Both the position numbers and the translations under genes were made by a program. This document shows positions 1 through 13,789 of a stretch of 64,000 bases of DNA, one piece after another. Within the stretch, counting starts at the first letter, position 1. Every line of letters starts with the position of its first letter. The stretch comes from Octopus sinensis. Lineage: Eukaryota. The notes below the pieces were generated by a model. It was not told the origin of the DNA. It saw only the letters and a program-made list of their open reading frames with translations, and did no database searches. Where the stretch lies: positions 57,474,001 through 57,538,000 of the forward strand of contig NC_043003.1 in the NCBI RefSeq assembly GCF_006345805.1, in the 5' to 3' direction.

Positions 1-204
1 ATACACAACTTTTACGTAAATTCACTAAAAATGTCAATGTTTAAAATATCAATGATTAATAATAGTGAGATGAAACGACGTCGAAATGTGCGCTTGCATG
101 AAACAAAATGGAAACAGCGCTTCACTTCAAGCATGGTCATTCATTCTCTACTTTGTATTTAAAATAAATAAACATTAATGAGGAAAAATCGCTTTTTATT
201 TTAG

Positions 205-238
205 GACACACCACACACACACACACACCTATATATAT

Positions 239-309
<71 letters not shown>

Positions 310-651
310 CTAAATTATATATCCATACAAAACTGAACTGTAATCCAATTCATATTTTGGCCGTAGGATGTAGATTGAACAATAAATAATTCATCGTAAT
401 ATTGCTCCAAAAAGAAACCATGATACTTACGTGGGAAGGAATTGACATGTCATGTGAATGTTACAAAGTCAAACATACATAGATACGTGCATACACACAT
501 ACATACAAACATACGGATATACATACATGCATACATACGTAGTTATACAGACATACACAAACACACACACACAGTCCGCCAATTTAAAAATCTGATGGAT
601 ATGAACATAGTATTCGTTTAAAAACCATCAGGTTTCCCAGTCGGACGCACT

Positions 652-729
<78 letters not shown>

Positions 730-900
730 TATTATATATATATATATATATATACATATACATACATATATATGTATATGTATACATGTGCGTTATATAT
801 ATATATGTATGTTTGTGGTATATATATATATATATATATATACACACAAACATACATATATATATATATAAACGCACATGTAAGGAGGCATACGTATGTG
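205..900. repeat. (CA)n/(TA)n microsatellites, representative of dozens in the window
   Basis: Directly visible; they account for the Y/I/H/T/M/C/V-rich ORFs. Confidence 0.95.
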
Positions 901-1313
901 TTGTGTTGTGTGTGGTGTGAGGGTTCCACATGTGCGGGGTTATGTCCAAATGTGTCTCTGAATATGTGTAAAAACTTTATAAGGTCCTTGGGGGCAAGGA
1001 AACAACCACTTGTCAGCTGGGTATTGTCAGTCTATCCAGTTTGACGTCTGTTTGTATTAAGACATGGCTAAACAAACAAGCTATTCCTTAAATATTTTAC
1101 AACCGATGAAATCCCTATGGTATGTGCTATAATTAATGAAAAAGTCCCTCCATCAAATAACACGTGCTGTGTCAACCCTTTCTCCTTAATACGGCAAAAT
1201 AATTGAAAAGAAGGGGAAGAAAATGAAGGAAAGGAGATTACCAAAATCACTTTCAGTTCTTAAGTACATAAGCAGTGATTATGTGTATGTGTGTGTGTAT
1301 GTGTGTCATTCTC

Positions 1314-1358
<45 letters not shown>

Positions 1359-1846
1359 GTATGTATATATTTCCTTGTCTTTTAGAATAATAATAATAAT
1401 AATAATAATATTAATAATAATAATGATAATAATAATACACACACACACATATATATATATAATATATGTTGATAGATAGATAGATAGATAGATAGATAGA
1501 CACATGTGTACTTAAAATATATATATATATAGATAGATATAGATTGATAGATAGATATGGATACATTTATTGGTGTAAGTTCAATAAATGTGTGTGTAAA
1601 TATAAGTGTATATATGTGAATATGCATATCTATCTGTATATATATATATGCATATACACACACACATATATATATATATATTATATATATATATATATAT
1701 ATACATATATACATATGTATATACACACATATATAGATATATATATGTGTATGTATGTACGTATGTATATATTATACAGCTATATGCATACAAGTATACA
1801 GACACACGCACGCACACGCTCGCACACACACACACAGAGACAAACA

Positions 1847-1895
<49 letters not shown>

Positions 1896-2204
1896 TATAT
1901 TATATATATATATATATATACATACTTATATACACAAATATATGTGATATATACATGTGCCTGTGTGCGTGTGTGGGTATTTTAATATACTGGCATCGGG
2001 CGTGTGCTAGGGCAGCATATTCGAAGGTTTTTTATTCGATCAAGACCATCCTGTCCACAACTTGCTTCGCGCTCCTACTTACTTTATCGATCACTATTAG
2101 TCGATCCACTTCTTTATCATGGGATGGAAAATTATATAACACAAACAACACGGTTGCATAAAATCGATGTAAGCATAAGCTGGTACGCGCATATATATAT
2201 ATAT

Positions 2205-2279
<75 letters not shown>

Positions 2280-2304
2280 CAGATAGACAGATAGACAGAT
2301 AGAC

Positions 2305-2373
<69 letters not shown>

Positions 2374-2559
2374 TGCACGGTGGTGTTTTATAATGTCACT
2401 GGCAACATGTTGGTCAACACTGATGTTACGACAGTAGATTCGAAATTCTCTGCCCATAGCCTCACTAAATGTAATCCGATACCGAACCACGTAATTGCTG
2501 AGCGAACTGTTTAATTGGAGAACTGTAATTGCATATATATACTCACACTAATGCTCGAG

Positions 2560-3085
2560 TCGCGGTACCAGACCTCTTAAAATCTGCCGTTTCGAAGGCC
2601 GCAATCTCTGGCAGATTCTGAACATCAAATGACAGGAGTGACACACCAACAGCGAAGTCCTTAATCGCCCAGAAATACGGAGCATTGAACATACCACCTT
2701 CAAGCATTGCCTCAGCCGGTCATGACATGTCATTCGTATGGCACCTTCAAGACTCCCGTGGACCTTCCTCTACAGCGTCAACGGTAAACGACATTGGGGT
2801 GCCCGGAAACGCATATTCGAAGACCAACTGAATTCTTCCCTCCTTCAAACTGGAATCAGTCCTAACACCTTGGAAACACAAACTGCCATCCTTCCAATTC
2901 ATTTCCGAAGATCAATTCATTTCCGCTGTTCCACTTTCGAGGATAACATAAAATGAAGAAATAAACAGAAAGCAACGTAAGTCCCGGCAATTCCAGTCAA
3001 GACCACCATCCACCCTGCCATGCGATCAATGCTGCAAACTGTTCCATTCCCGGCTTAGTCTTCTGTCAGGCTTAAGCATCATGGA
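2560..3085 (+). mobile_element. RTE-clade (BovB/AviRTE-like) LINE, degenerate 3' fragment
   Basis: Translation gives ILNIK..TNSEVL, HVIRMAPSRLP..LY, GARKRIFEDQL and a terminal CDQCCKLFHSRLSL zinc-finger-like tail, matching the post-RT C-terminus of RTE ORFs; stops present. Confidence 0.8.
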
Positions 3086-3260
3086 GGCACCGAATGAAAA
3101 AACTCGGACGCGAGTGGTGCCGACGACGACGATATACACACACGAACACACACATAGAGAGATATGTATATATTTATAAATTCCCATATATCACAATTAT
3201 ATACATACATATAAGTATAATGTATACATACATACATACATATATGGATATATGTATGTA

Positions 3261-4536
3261 TTGGGTCATCCCAAAAATAATGCGTTTTTTCAATGGCGTG
3301 AACTAAAAGTCGGTGGAGGACGAGATAAAGTATCTGCATCGACTTGCTATAAAAGCAGGAAGTAATTTTACCGGATACTTATTCTTAGTACAAATTTGAA
3401 GAGTGCAGTTCGATTTTAACAGTTATTTTTTCATAGCTATAATGGAAGTGACAAAAGAGCATACTCAGCATATTTTCCTTTAAGAGTTCAATAAAGACAA
3501 CGACGCAACGGAATGTGCGAGAAATATTAATGCAGTATGTGGGGATAGGGCAATAAACGTAAACCGGTGTCAGCGGCGGTTCCAGAAATTCCCAGCAGGA
3601 AACTACAGCCTAGAAGGCGAACTTCGTTCTGGAAGATCTGTAGAGCTCAACGAGGACGTACTGTAAACCCTATGGAACAAAATCCCGTTGTAACTGTTGT
3701 GGAACTAGCAGAGAAGCTTGACTTTGGTCAGTCAATCATCCATCGACACCAGCGCCATCGGAAATGTCAACAAATCGGGTCAATGTGTTCCTTACAAACT
3801 TTCCGAGCCTCTTCGTGCACAGAGAATGTGTACTCTTTTTTACTGTTACGTCTCACGAATAAACCTTTTTTTGAACCGAATAATGACTGGTGATGAGAAA
3901 TGGGTTCTCTATAAAAATATCAAGCACCGAAGACAGTGGGCAGGGAAAGGAGAAACATCGGAACCCCAGGCTAAAGAAGGTCTCCACTCAGGTAAGGTGC
4001 TGTTATCTGTTTGGTGAGATATGAAAGGTTTAGTCCACTTTAAACTTTTAAACCCAAACCAAACGATGACAAAGGGGATCTACTGCGAGCAGCGTGAGCG
4101 GCATAAGTCAGCGCTAGAAGAAAACGACCATCTTTGGTTTCAAGACGGAAAATATTCGTCCATCAGGATAATGCTCGGCCACTTACAACGAGGATGATAT
4201 TCGAAAGGCTGGAGCGATTTGAATGGGAAACGATGCCCTACTCACTATATTTGCCGGACATTGATTGCCCCATCTGATTATTATTTATTCCACAGTCTTC
4301 AGTTGGACGGAAATGATATGAATTCCGTAGACGAGATTAGAACAGTACTGGAGGAGTGTTTTTCATCACGGACAAGTGAATTTTGGAAGAGGGACCTTGT
4401 AAGTCTACTAGATAGATGGAAGAGCATCGTAGAAAATGAAGGGGAGTATATTTTAGATTAAAAATTAACTTTGCTTATCTTAATTTTGAAAAATAAAAGA
4501 AATATAAAAAAACTGCATTTTTATGTGGTGACTCAA
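3261..4536 (+). mobile_element. Full-length degenerate mariner (DD34D-type) transposon
   Basis: TIRs ttgggtcatcccaaaaataatgc and the reverse complement of gcatttttatgtggtgactcaa; TA on both sides; 1276 bp. Transposase remnants from ATG 3381 include MEVTKEH, RIMTGDEKWVLYKN and IAPSDYYLFHSL...W..IVENEGEY; stops and frameshifts. Confidence 0.95.
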
Positions 4537-4546
4537 TATATATATA

Positions 4547-5443
4547 TTGGGTTGAGGAATATTTCATGAGCGTTTTTTTTTTGCTGTTTAAACGAATATT
4601 TCTTGCTCTACAAGATGACGTTTTGATTTTTTAACTTTATTGATTTTGTGTATTTCCAGATCACTAATGGAATGTCAAGTGGACAAAACTTATCATTTTC
4701 AATACCTTTTGTTTTTTGCATCGTGAGATTTGTGTAGTGTGTGGAGAAGGAGCAAAGTACCATTGGCTGTTGGTTTTCGTGCTTCAAATATGGGAATTTT
4801 AACATCACGGACGGATCACATACTGGTCGACCAATTGAATTCGATATAGAGCGATTGAATCATCTTCACGAATATCCATGTCAAACGACCAGAGAATTCG
4901 CGGAGCAGATGGATTGTGATCCATAAATTGTGGTGAACCACCTTCACTCAACAGGTAAGTTGCAGAAACTCCGCGCATGGGTGCTATATACTTTAAGCGA
5001 AATCAGCAAAAATCACCACTCCACAACCAGCGCCAGTTTGCTCGCTCGACATCGCTCAATACTTGGTCACAAACAACGTTTTCTTTATCGCATTGTCACT
5101 GGTGATAAAAAGAGTGCCTCTACGTCAATATGAAGCAGCGAAAAGAACGGCTCAGCCCCGACAAACAGGCGACTCCGCGAGCAAAACAAGACTTTCATCC
5201 TCAAATATTATGTTTTGTGTTGTGTATCGTTCAATAATGACGTGAAATTGAGGCTTGGTTGGACGAATTCTTTGAGTCAAGACCGGAAGATTTCTGTCGC
5301 CGAAGCATCGAAAATTTCATTGAACGATGGAAGAAAGTCGTAAACAATAATGGAATGCATATTATTGCTTCATGTTTTGTAGATTTATTTTTTAATAAAA
5401 AAATTTGAAAAGAAAATAAGTTGTGAGTTATTCCTCCACCCAA
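4547..5443 (+). mobile_element. Internally deleted mariner (second family)
   Basis: TIRs ttgggttgaggaatatttca / tgagttattcctccacccaa, TA-flanked. Remnants MECQVDK, WFSCFKYGNF..GRPIEFD and RFLYRIVTGDKK; most of the catalytic domain is deleted. Confidence 0.9.
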
Positions 5444-5507
5444 TATATATACATATATATATATATATATCTGTAAATGTAATATATGACAATTATTCGG
5501 TAGCCAT

Positions 5508-5568
5508 GATAGAACATCGAGTTTCGGATGCCGAGGTGGAAATCCACGCCGCCATCTCTTCAGTTATC
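5508..5568 (-). ncRNA. Type I hammerhead-ribozyme-like motif (unit 1)
   Basis: Minus strand: GAUAA-CUGAAGA-[GAUG...GUGGAUUUCCAC...CAUC C]-GAAAC-UCGAU-GUU-CUAUC. First stem I pair is mismatched. Confidence 0.5.
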
Positions 5569-5588
5569 CGGCCATATTCGGTAGCCAT

Positions 5589-5650
5589 GGTAAAACTCCG
5601 AGTTTCGGACGCCGAGGTGGAAATCCACGCTACCATCTCTTCAGTTATCC
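5589..5650 (-). ncRNA. Type I hammerhead-ribozyme-like motif (unit 2)
   Basis: Minus strand: GGAUAA-CUGAAGA-[GAUG...GUGGAUUUCCAC...CGUC C]-GAA-ACUCGGAGU-U-UUACC. Near-palindromic stem III; predicted GUU site. Confidence 0.6.
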
Positions 5651-5868
5651 GGCCATCGGAAAAATACTAGTATTTTCCGATGGCTACCGAATAAGTGTCA
5701 CATATTACATTTACAGATAAATTCCTCTATTTACATAATATCGAGGTCTCTTTCATTATTTTTGTTGCCTTACCATTTTTATCAATATATATATATACAT
5801 ATACGACCAACTATCCCGGTCTCACCCGGTCTGTTTGGACGATCGTCTTTGGTTAGGCATAATCATAA

Positions 5869-6100
5869 CAGCGTTTCTCAACCTTATCATTTCGGGTCCT
5901 CTCTTTCGATCGGAGCCTCCAACTGTATGAAAATTTCCTGACTCAACACCCCACCCCCTTTGTCAGATTTTTCATGGGCCGGCTGGTCTATCTCAGATAC
6001 ATGGGGAGCTGAATTAAATTTTTCATCAACACAGGGGAGCAGAAATATATTTTTCAATGTCCAAGGGGGACCGAATCACGATAAAGGTTGAGAATCGCTG
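5869..6100. mobile_element. hAT-type MITE
   Basis: TIRs cagcgtttctcaacc / ggttgagaatcgctg; similar 8-bp flanks aatcataa / atctataa. Confidence 0.7.
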
Positions 6101-7335
6101 ATCTATAAGAATGATTTTTATTTAGGTACATCGTAAAAGTAAGTATAAAGAACTGCTAAATATAAAGGAAAGTATGTTTTTTCAAGCAAATACAGTCAGA
6201 AAAAAATATTTGCCATTTCAAGTCATCACTAAAAACAAAGCTCATCAATTTTTGAATGAAATAATAATTTTATTTTTTATCGTAAGTTGTAAATTTTGCC
6301 CGAACAATAAAGCAAATAATCACCAAATGCATTGTAAAAGAATCTGCAACTCGATAGCAAATATCTCCAAATTGATTAGAAATGCATAAATTTAATAATA
6401 ACGACGCTAAATAAAATTTGGTCGAGAAAAGCCAAAGAAATTACTTTATATCAACAAAAATCAGGCACGCACCTATATAGAGAACAGATTCTACTCAAGT
6501 GGTGAAACATACCAAATGCACAGAGTTGAAACGCTGTTCGATTATTCTTTTCAGCGTTGAATGTTAACCACCTAAGGGTCTCTCCTTTGGTCCTGTATCT
6601 TTGTTGGTTTTGCAAAAGGCTGTGCTATTGTTTTTGTTATTGTTACTGCTATGAATTTGTTGCTCATAATGTATATAACATACCAGTTATATACTGCTTT
6701 TCATTCATCCTCTCCTCTCGCTTTTGCCCATATTTGTATTTTGACTGTGGCATTCTCACAAGCCGCAGCTGCGACGATTTTCTTCTCCTTTCGATTTATA
6801 TTGCTTTCTTTTAAAACGCAGTACATCTATAAGAGATGTTATCTCGGGACAGAAACTACAGTAAGCTGCATGTCAACGGTGAATATACCTTAATTATGAT
6901 ACATAGATGGCTATTGTATTTACATTGATTTGTTGTTGTTGTGGTTGCTATTGCTATTGTTATTGTTGTTGTTGATATTGTCAGTTTAACCTCAGATCAA
7001 ACCTGAGTGAGCTGATTTCTGATGAAAGATATTCCAGCTATGACCATCTAGTATATAAATTTTTGGAAGAATAAAGGGGACTAAATTACCTACTTTATCT
7101 TGATTTATTTAATATGAAAGGAAGTGTGATTTGAGAAAGATTTACACACAAACACACACACACACACACATTTATATACAGACATATATGAATATATTGA
7201 TAAATAGATTCACACATACATACTCATCTACACTTACATACACATTATACACGTATGTACATAATATATATATATATTTGTAAGGATACATATATATATA
7301 TATAATATACATATATAATGTTCACATTACATATG

Positions 7336-7366
<31 letters not shown>

Positions 7367-7469
7367 ATATATATATATATACATATATATATACATATAC
7401 ATATACACACACACACATATATATATATATATTTATATACGCACACACACACACACACACAAATATATA

Positions 7470-7500
<31 letters not shown>

Positions 7501-7846
7501 CATATATAAAGCATTTTATATCGCGCAGGTCGATCTGTTTTTGCTGTTGTTTGATATTGATGGCTTTTGTTCTTGCCGTTAGCGTTCTTGTTGTTGTTGT
7601 GGTGGTGGTTGTTCTTGTTGTTGTTGTTGTGGTTGTCGTTTTTGTTGTTGTTGCTAAAGCTATCGATTTCAATTAGCAAAGCGCAGTTGATTTTCCACAA
7701 CGGATTTAATTGATAGACATCCGATACTTGAGAGGCAAAAGAAAAATAGAGGCTTTCAGATGGCTTAGCTTCCTTTCAATGGAAATTAGCACGCTCGCGC
7801 GCACTCACAGAAATACCTTCACATATATATATGCTCCTACACACAT

Positions 7847-7911
<65 letters not shown>

Positions 7912-8689
7912 ATATACCAATACACATATATACTTACACAATCACATGCACTGCCGTTCACACATGCGTAGTTGCAAACGCATAGACACAGAGAGACAGA
8001 GACACGCAACAGCATATATGGCTTCGTTCTCGAGGCATTCGTTCTACAGTATAACTTTTATTATTATGTAAAATGAGCAATGTCACGCGTCATTGAGCCC
8101 TGACATGTGACAGGATGCCACAGTCATTGTTACGATGTGGTAGAGGAAGTAGGGGGTGAGAATTTCAAAACCAAAATGTCAGATCAGGTCGTAGAGTAAC
8201 GGATGTGGACAGCTATAATGTGATTTAGAGTTATCACTAAAAGGAAGCAACGTGTAAATTTGAGGTTAAAATGTTATGGAGGATGACTTAATGTTGAGTG
8301 TCGAAAGGGTTGGGGTTTAAGAACGGAGCATTAATTTAGACGTATAAAACAACGAATACACTGATTACATACAAAGCATGTGTGGGAAATTATGACGTAT
8401 GAAAGCGGCGTTAGATTTTGACGTATAAGCGCGATATGCATTCATTACGTATCAATAAGATTTGAAGGATGTGACGTAATAATTCAGTGTTGGTTTTCAA
8501 TGTATCAAACGGCGTATACGTTGATTACGTATAAATGAGAGAAGGATAATATGACATAAGAATTCAGTGAGAAATGGCTGTATGGTTAAAAAACTCGCTT
8601 TGTAGTCATGAAGGTTCGGGTTCAGTCCCATTGCACGATATCTTGGGCGAGTATCTTCTCCTATAGCCCCGTGGCTGGTAAAGTCATTG

Positions 8690-9990
8690 TCTCTGCAATA
8701 CCGCCAACACTCCTTTTTAAGCTTTGAGTTTTATAGATTGCTATGTTGCAAATGTATGTACGTCAGCAATAGACCTCCTTACTTGTGCTTGCCTCAAATC
8801 AATCGTGTGTTTTTACCCGTTTTTTACCGAAGATCTTTGATACAGTACTGTGGTTTCTCAGAGAAACCCCATCTCAAATGAGCGTCACCTTCCGTTAGGC
8901 TTGCAAGAAAAGTATTCTACAATGACCTGATGACCTTCAATAATTTTTGTGGGCGTTGCTTCATCTTGGCATAAATGTGCTGCTTCCAGGAGGTTTCAGA
9001 CAAGTGCATCATCAGTAACTGGAGTCTAATGTTACAGCTTTCCAAAGCGTGATCCGCGTTGTAGTTGGAACTCTTCAGGTTTTTTGGTGTCCTATACACA
9101 TCAAGTCTAGGTACTATCAGTAACTGGAAAGGGGATATCTACAAGACATTTCATGTCAGAAAGGTGTTGGTGACATATCATCCCTGGAGAGTGTAAGGTT
9201 AATGCTATCATCGCTCATTGTCATTTACGCTGCCAGTCGAATATCGCCCAAATATCGCAAGATCAGAGTGCTTGCTCGACACTTACACTGATACTGAAGT
9301 CATCAAGCATCAGTAGCTTGTTTTATCCTGGAATTTACTATAATCTCCATGGTAGCTGGTCATAGAACTCGTCCTATGTGTCTTGTGTGGAACAGAGGCT
9401 TGGAGAATAAACATTAGCAAAGCTGATAATGTCATTGGATGTATAGAGTCGAAGTGAGATAAATAAACGTTCTGTTCTTCTCAGGGTGGGTTCCAGCTTC
9501 AACAGTGAGTTCGTAACAGAAAATCCAGTGCAATAATATCTGAGCTGTTTTCCTGCCAGAAGGTATAGTCTCTCTCAGGTACAATCACTGAATCTATGAG
9601 GCCTATCCCTTAAAGTGCTCTAATGCCACTTAAAGATTTAGCAATTCGTGATAAACCACTATTATCTTTCCTCTAATGCTGACCTTCTGAAGATTATCTG
9701 TACATTTCTCTATTGTAAACTGCAATCCGATTCCATTTTTCTCTCCTTAGTGTACCTCGGGTAGTATATACTGTCTCTGGTCTAGTTTAGATGTATCTCT
9801 ATGTCCCAGACACTTAGTAAAATAGACGAACTGTAGTAGAAGAATGATAAATTGGATGGTGTCAGCCCGGGCGCCTTGTGAGCTACATAAGCGCAAGGTG
9901 GCAACTGTTTTATAGACTGCTGAGCGTTTTACATGTTGTATCATTACGGTGAGGCAATACTGGAATTTTTTCTGCAAAGCGTAAGTTTGA
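8690..9990 (-). mobile_element. RTE-clade LINE, degenerate 5' part (APE endonuclease region)
   Basis: Minus-strand remnants DSVIVPERDYTFWQ, VYSPSLCST..DEFYDQL, LLMLDDFS, LGRYSTGSVNDNER, VTNTF and FGKK..D*FEA are collinear with RTE/BovB endonuclease motifs. Confidence 0.8.
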
Positions 9991-10408
9991 GCTACGTTAT
10001 TACAGAAGATCAGCAGCTGCCCAACTGGATTGGTCTCTATTCTCCAGTATCACTGGTGTGCCCAACTGAAGGTTGGACACCAGCATTATCATAGAAATTT
10101 CCAAAACAATGTTGAAAACTAAGTCGAGTTGTCATAATACCAAAGACTTTCTTATAAATGCGTTTTAACTACTTTCTCTTAAATGCCTGCCAAAATTAAT
10201 AACCTCGATTTAACCGAAACACTTGTTTAAAGAATTCAGCACCCGTCCTCACCTCTTTTCCTGTCAGTTTAAAGAATTCCGCCGGACTTCGAAGCTAGGT
10301 CGCGGGACTTACTCCACGATTTCACTACGTTTGTGCCATATGCATACATACATACGCACACACATATACATACACACAAACACATATCCATACATATACA
10401 CACACAGA

Positions 10409-10439
<31 letters not shown>

Positions 10440-10470
10440 ACATAATTATGTATAAATACATATAGATAGA

Positions 10471-10551
<81 letters not shown>

Positions 10552-11048
10552 TTCTTGTATGTATTTATGCTTGTACATGCATGTATATACGCAAATATAT
10601 ACACGTATATGTTCGATAGTATAGTATGTTAGTTCACATTTATATGTTTGAAAAATAAGATGGACATACACACATAGTAACACACATACATAAACACATA
10701 TACATATATATATGCATACACATACATCTCAATATACACACAAAAAATACACACATGCATGCACACACATATAAACACTCACGCACACACACACACAAAA
10801 GTGAGTATATGTCTGAAGGAATATGTACGTAAGCGTGCGTGTCGGGCGTTGTAGCTTATTTTCTGGTTCCTCCACAAACTTCACATTAAAACCATCATCA
10901 TCAACATTAAATGACATTTCCCATCATAGATTCACTCAGTGCAAAATTAGACAGAATTCTTCAATTGTCTCACGCAGCAACAAGACAGTACGTTACAAAT
11001 AAAACTGACACGAATGGTAAACATCACAACCATAATAATGTCGGCACG

Positions 11049-11318
11049 ATACTCTTTTACTTGTTTCAGTCATTTGACTGCGGCCATGCTGGAGCACCGC
11101 CTTTACAGCCGAGAAAATCGACCCCAGGACTTATTCTTTGGAAGCCTAGTACTTATTCTATCGATCGCTTTTGCCGAACTGCTAAGTTACGGGGGACGTA
11201 AACACACCAGCATTGGTTGTCAAGCGATGTTGGGGGGGACAAACGGGTACACATGAACATACATACATACATACATACATACATACATACATACATACAT
11301 ACATACATACATACATAC

Positions 11319-11372
<54 letters not shown>

Positions 11373-11539
11373 CGACGATGGGATTTTTCAGTTTCCGTCT
11401 ACCAAATCCACTCACAAGGCTTTGGTCGGCCCGAGGCTAAAGTAGAAGACACTTGCCCAAGGTGCTACACAGTGAGACTGAACCCAGAGCCATGTGGTTG
11501 GTATGCAAGCTACTTACCACATAGCCACTCCTGCGCCTA
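11049..11539 (-). mobile_element. tRNA-derived SINE, family A (CORE-like domain, internal microsatellite)
   Basis: Head ggcgcaggagtggctatgtggtaag with A/B-box-like motifs, ccttgggcaagtgtctt core-like motif, internal (TATG)n/(GATA)n, tail aagtaaaagag; many copies in the window. Confidence 0.85.
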
Positions 11540-12006
11540 TACCATATAATATTATTGAGGGAGATGTAATCGATTTAATTGACCCTAATATTTCACTGGT
11601 AATTATAGTCTGACCTTTGGAAATAAAGGAGGTTTTCGACCCTGGCGTGAATTGAACTTAGAACTAATAGGGTTGCGTGAAAATTTATCACCGCCAGGCA
11701 TTTAGTCTGGCGTGTTCTGATTTTGACATCCAGTCCTCAAATAAGAAAATATCGATTTCGTTTTCTATGCGCAAATACAGAGCAGTGCTTCACTAATTTT
11801 TATTGAGATTGTATTGTTGCTGTTGTTGTTATTTAGCCCCAAGCAAGCCCCGATCGAGCAGACGTTTAAAAGACGTTCCCGCTGTGACTGTCATGTTTTT
11901 GTTTGTTTTTGGCTTTTTTTTTTTTGTAGTTTGCTTTCACACATAAAATCCCTACAGACACATATTACATATATCAACAACAAAGTTGTTACATAAAGTC
12001 TACATA

Positions 12007-12111
12007 GGCGCTGGAGTGGCTGTGTGGTAAGCAGCTTGCTTACCAACCACATAGTTCTGGGTTCAGTCTTGTGAGTGGATTTGATAGACGGAAACTGAAA
12101 GAAGCCCTTCG

Positions 12112-12178
<67 letters not shown>

Positions 12179-12310
12179 TGTGTGTCTGTGTTTATCTCCC
12201 CAACATCGCTTGACAACCGATGCTTGTCCGAAAGGATGAAAGGCAAAGTCGACCTCGGCGGAATTTGAACTCAGAACGTAACGGCAGAGGAAATGCCGCT
12301 AAGCATCTCG
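12007..12310. mobile_element. Chimera of SINE family A (+) and family B (-) fragments
   Basis: Family A head and body to about 12227, joined directly to cgaaaggatgaaaggcaaagtcgacc (reverse family B). Confidence 0.7.
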
Positions 12311-13789
12311 CTTCGCATCACATTGCGGTTAAATAAAACTAACGCCTGGATTCGACGGCACACGAGAGTTAACATTTCAAATTGTGTTACATTTCAAGAA
12401 GAGAATATGTGCAACACGTGGCCAAACAGACTTGCGAATGCGGATGAGGAGAATGGGGCGGCAAGTGCACTCCTAAATATTTTGTTGGGCAAAGAAAATG
12501 CTTTGAAGATGGTCCTGAAAAACTTCATCGCCGAAACATTTTTGGACTGATTTGAAACATTAATTTTCTATTATTGACTTTATTTGATTTCATTGATGTA
12601 CAAAAATGATAATAATTATCATTATTGTACTTGTGTTTCTTTTGATATTACGACTGAAAAAACTTGACTCTGTAAAAAAAACTTTGGATCTGTGTTTGCA
12701 GCTCCTAAGAAAATTTCGTTCCCATACTTTTGAGAATAATAAAACTAACATGTCAAGATAACATTCGGTAATTTTTGACGAGACACAGCATTCCATAACC
12801 GTTGAAGAACAGATGGCATTTTCTATTATTTTCTAAGGGTACAAGCGAGAATATCCAAGACCAGGCATTCAAATTATTTAATAGTCAGATAAATATAAGA
12901 AGGGTAAAAGGGCCGCTAGATACATGACATAGGAAATTATCCTGTCACTGAAACTGGAATTTTTCTCTAAATGTTAAATTATTGATATTTTGTTGAGAAA
13001 ATATGTGAATATTTTATTACGTTGAGTTACTGAAATATTTTGGGAGTTTCCTCACTCTCCCGATATATTCGATGCAGATTTTAATATTTGCGGTTATGCA
13101 TTTAAAATTAGAATGTAATAATTTATCAAAATGATTAAACGATTTCGATTTTGAGTTTGTTTTACAATAATTTTGATTTGAAACCGCGCGTTGAAATCAT
13201 TATTGCTATATTTGGGAAGAGTCATAATTGATAAAAACCTATAAACACATCCACTGGTTGTTGCTCATCTATATTTCACTTCTCTTTTTCAAAACATTTG
13301 ATGTTTACTATTGACCCACAAAATATTTCACGCCGCACTAATCTTTAGCTATTGATTAGTTTAGTGGGGAAAGAAAGAGAAATGAAGTGTAGACAAATAA
13401 TAACCAGTGATTGCATTTCTAGGTTGTATTGATTATTAGACTCGACTCCAAAGACTCATGGAACCGGAACTTGATTCCCCTGTTTCCACAGCGCATAACT
13501 GACCGAAATCACAACATTCGCCACGAATGGGACGTCGGTCCGTCGCAGATTTGACTCGTTTTCACCTGAGTGGACTGGAGCAACGTGAAATGAAATGTTT
13601 TGCACGAGAATACAATGCATCACCCGGACCGAAATCGAAACCCTAACCACTTGTCCACACGACTTTACTTTATCAATTATGGCTCTTTCGAAATATAACA
13701 ATATTAACATTTTGCTGACTATCTTAAGCGTGTTTATTTTACTATTTATGATGTAATTGTTGTCTGTTCTTTAGCCAGGCATGGCTGGA

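Larger units (their letters stand above)
5469..5786 (-). mobile_element. Fold-back non-autonomous element with two tandem HHR-like units (Penelope-like derivative)
   Basis: 39-bp inverted arms 5469-5507 / 5680-5718 (37/39 match), an 81-bp tandem unit (starts 5494 and 5575), a near-perfect palindrome at 5653-5683, and (TA)n flanks. Confidence 0.7.

Noticed and set aside
584-2490. Long ORFs rich in Y/I/H/T/M/C/V/L/S, here and throughout the window
   Set aside because: They are translations of (TA)n, (CA)n, (TATG)n, (GATA)n, (AAT)n and (GA)n microsatellites, which lack stops in some frames.
8980-9025. CTGATGA...GAAAC on the minus strand
   Set aside because: It lies within the RTE coding remnant; stem II is weak and stem I does not pair next to the core.
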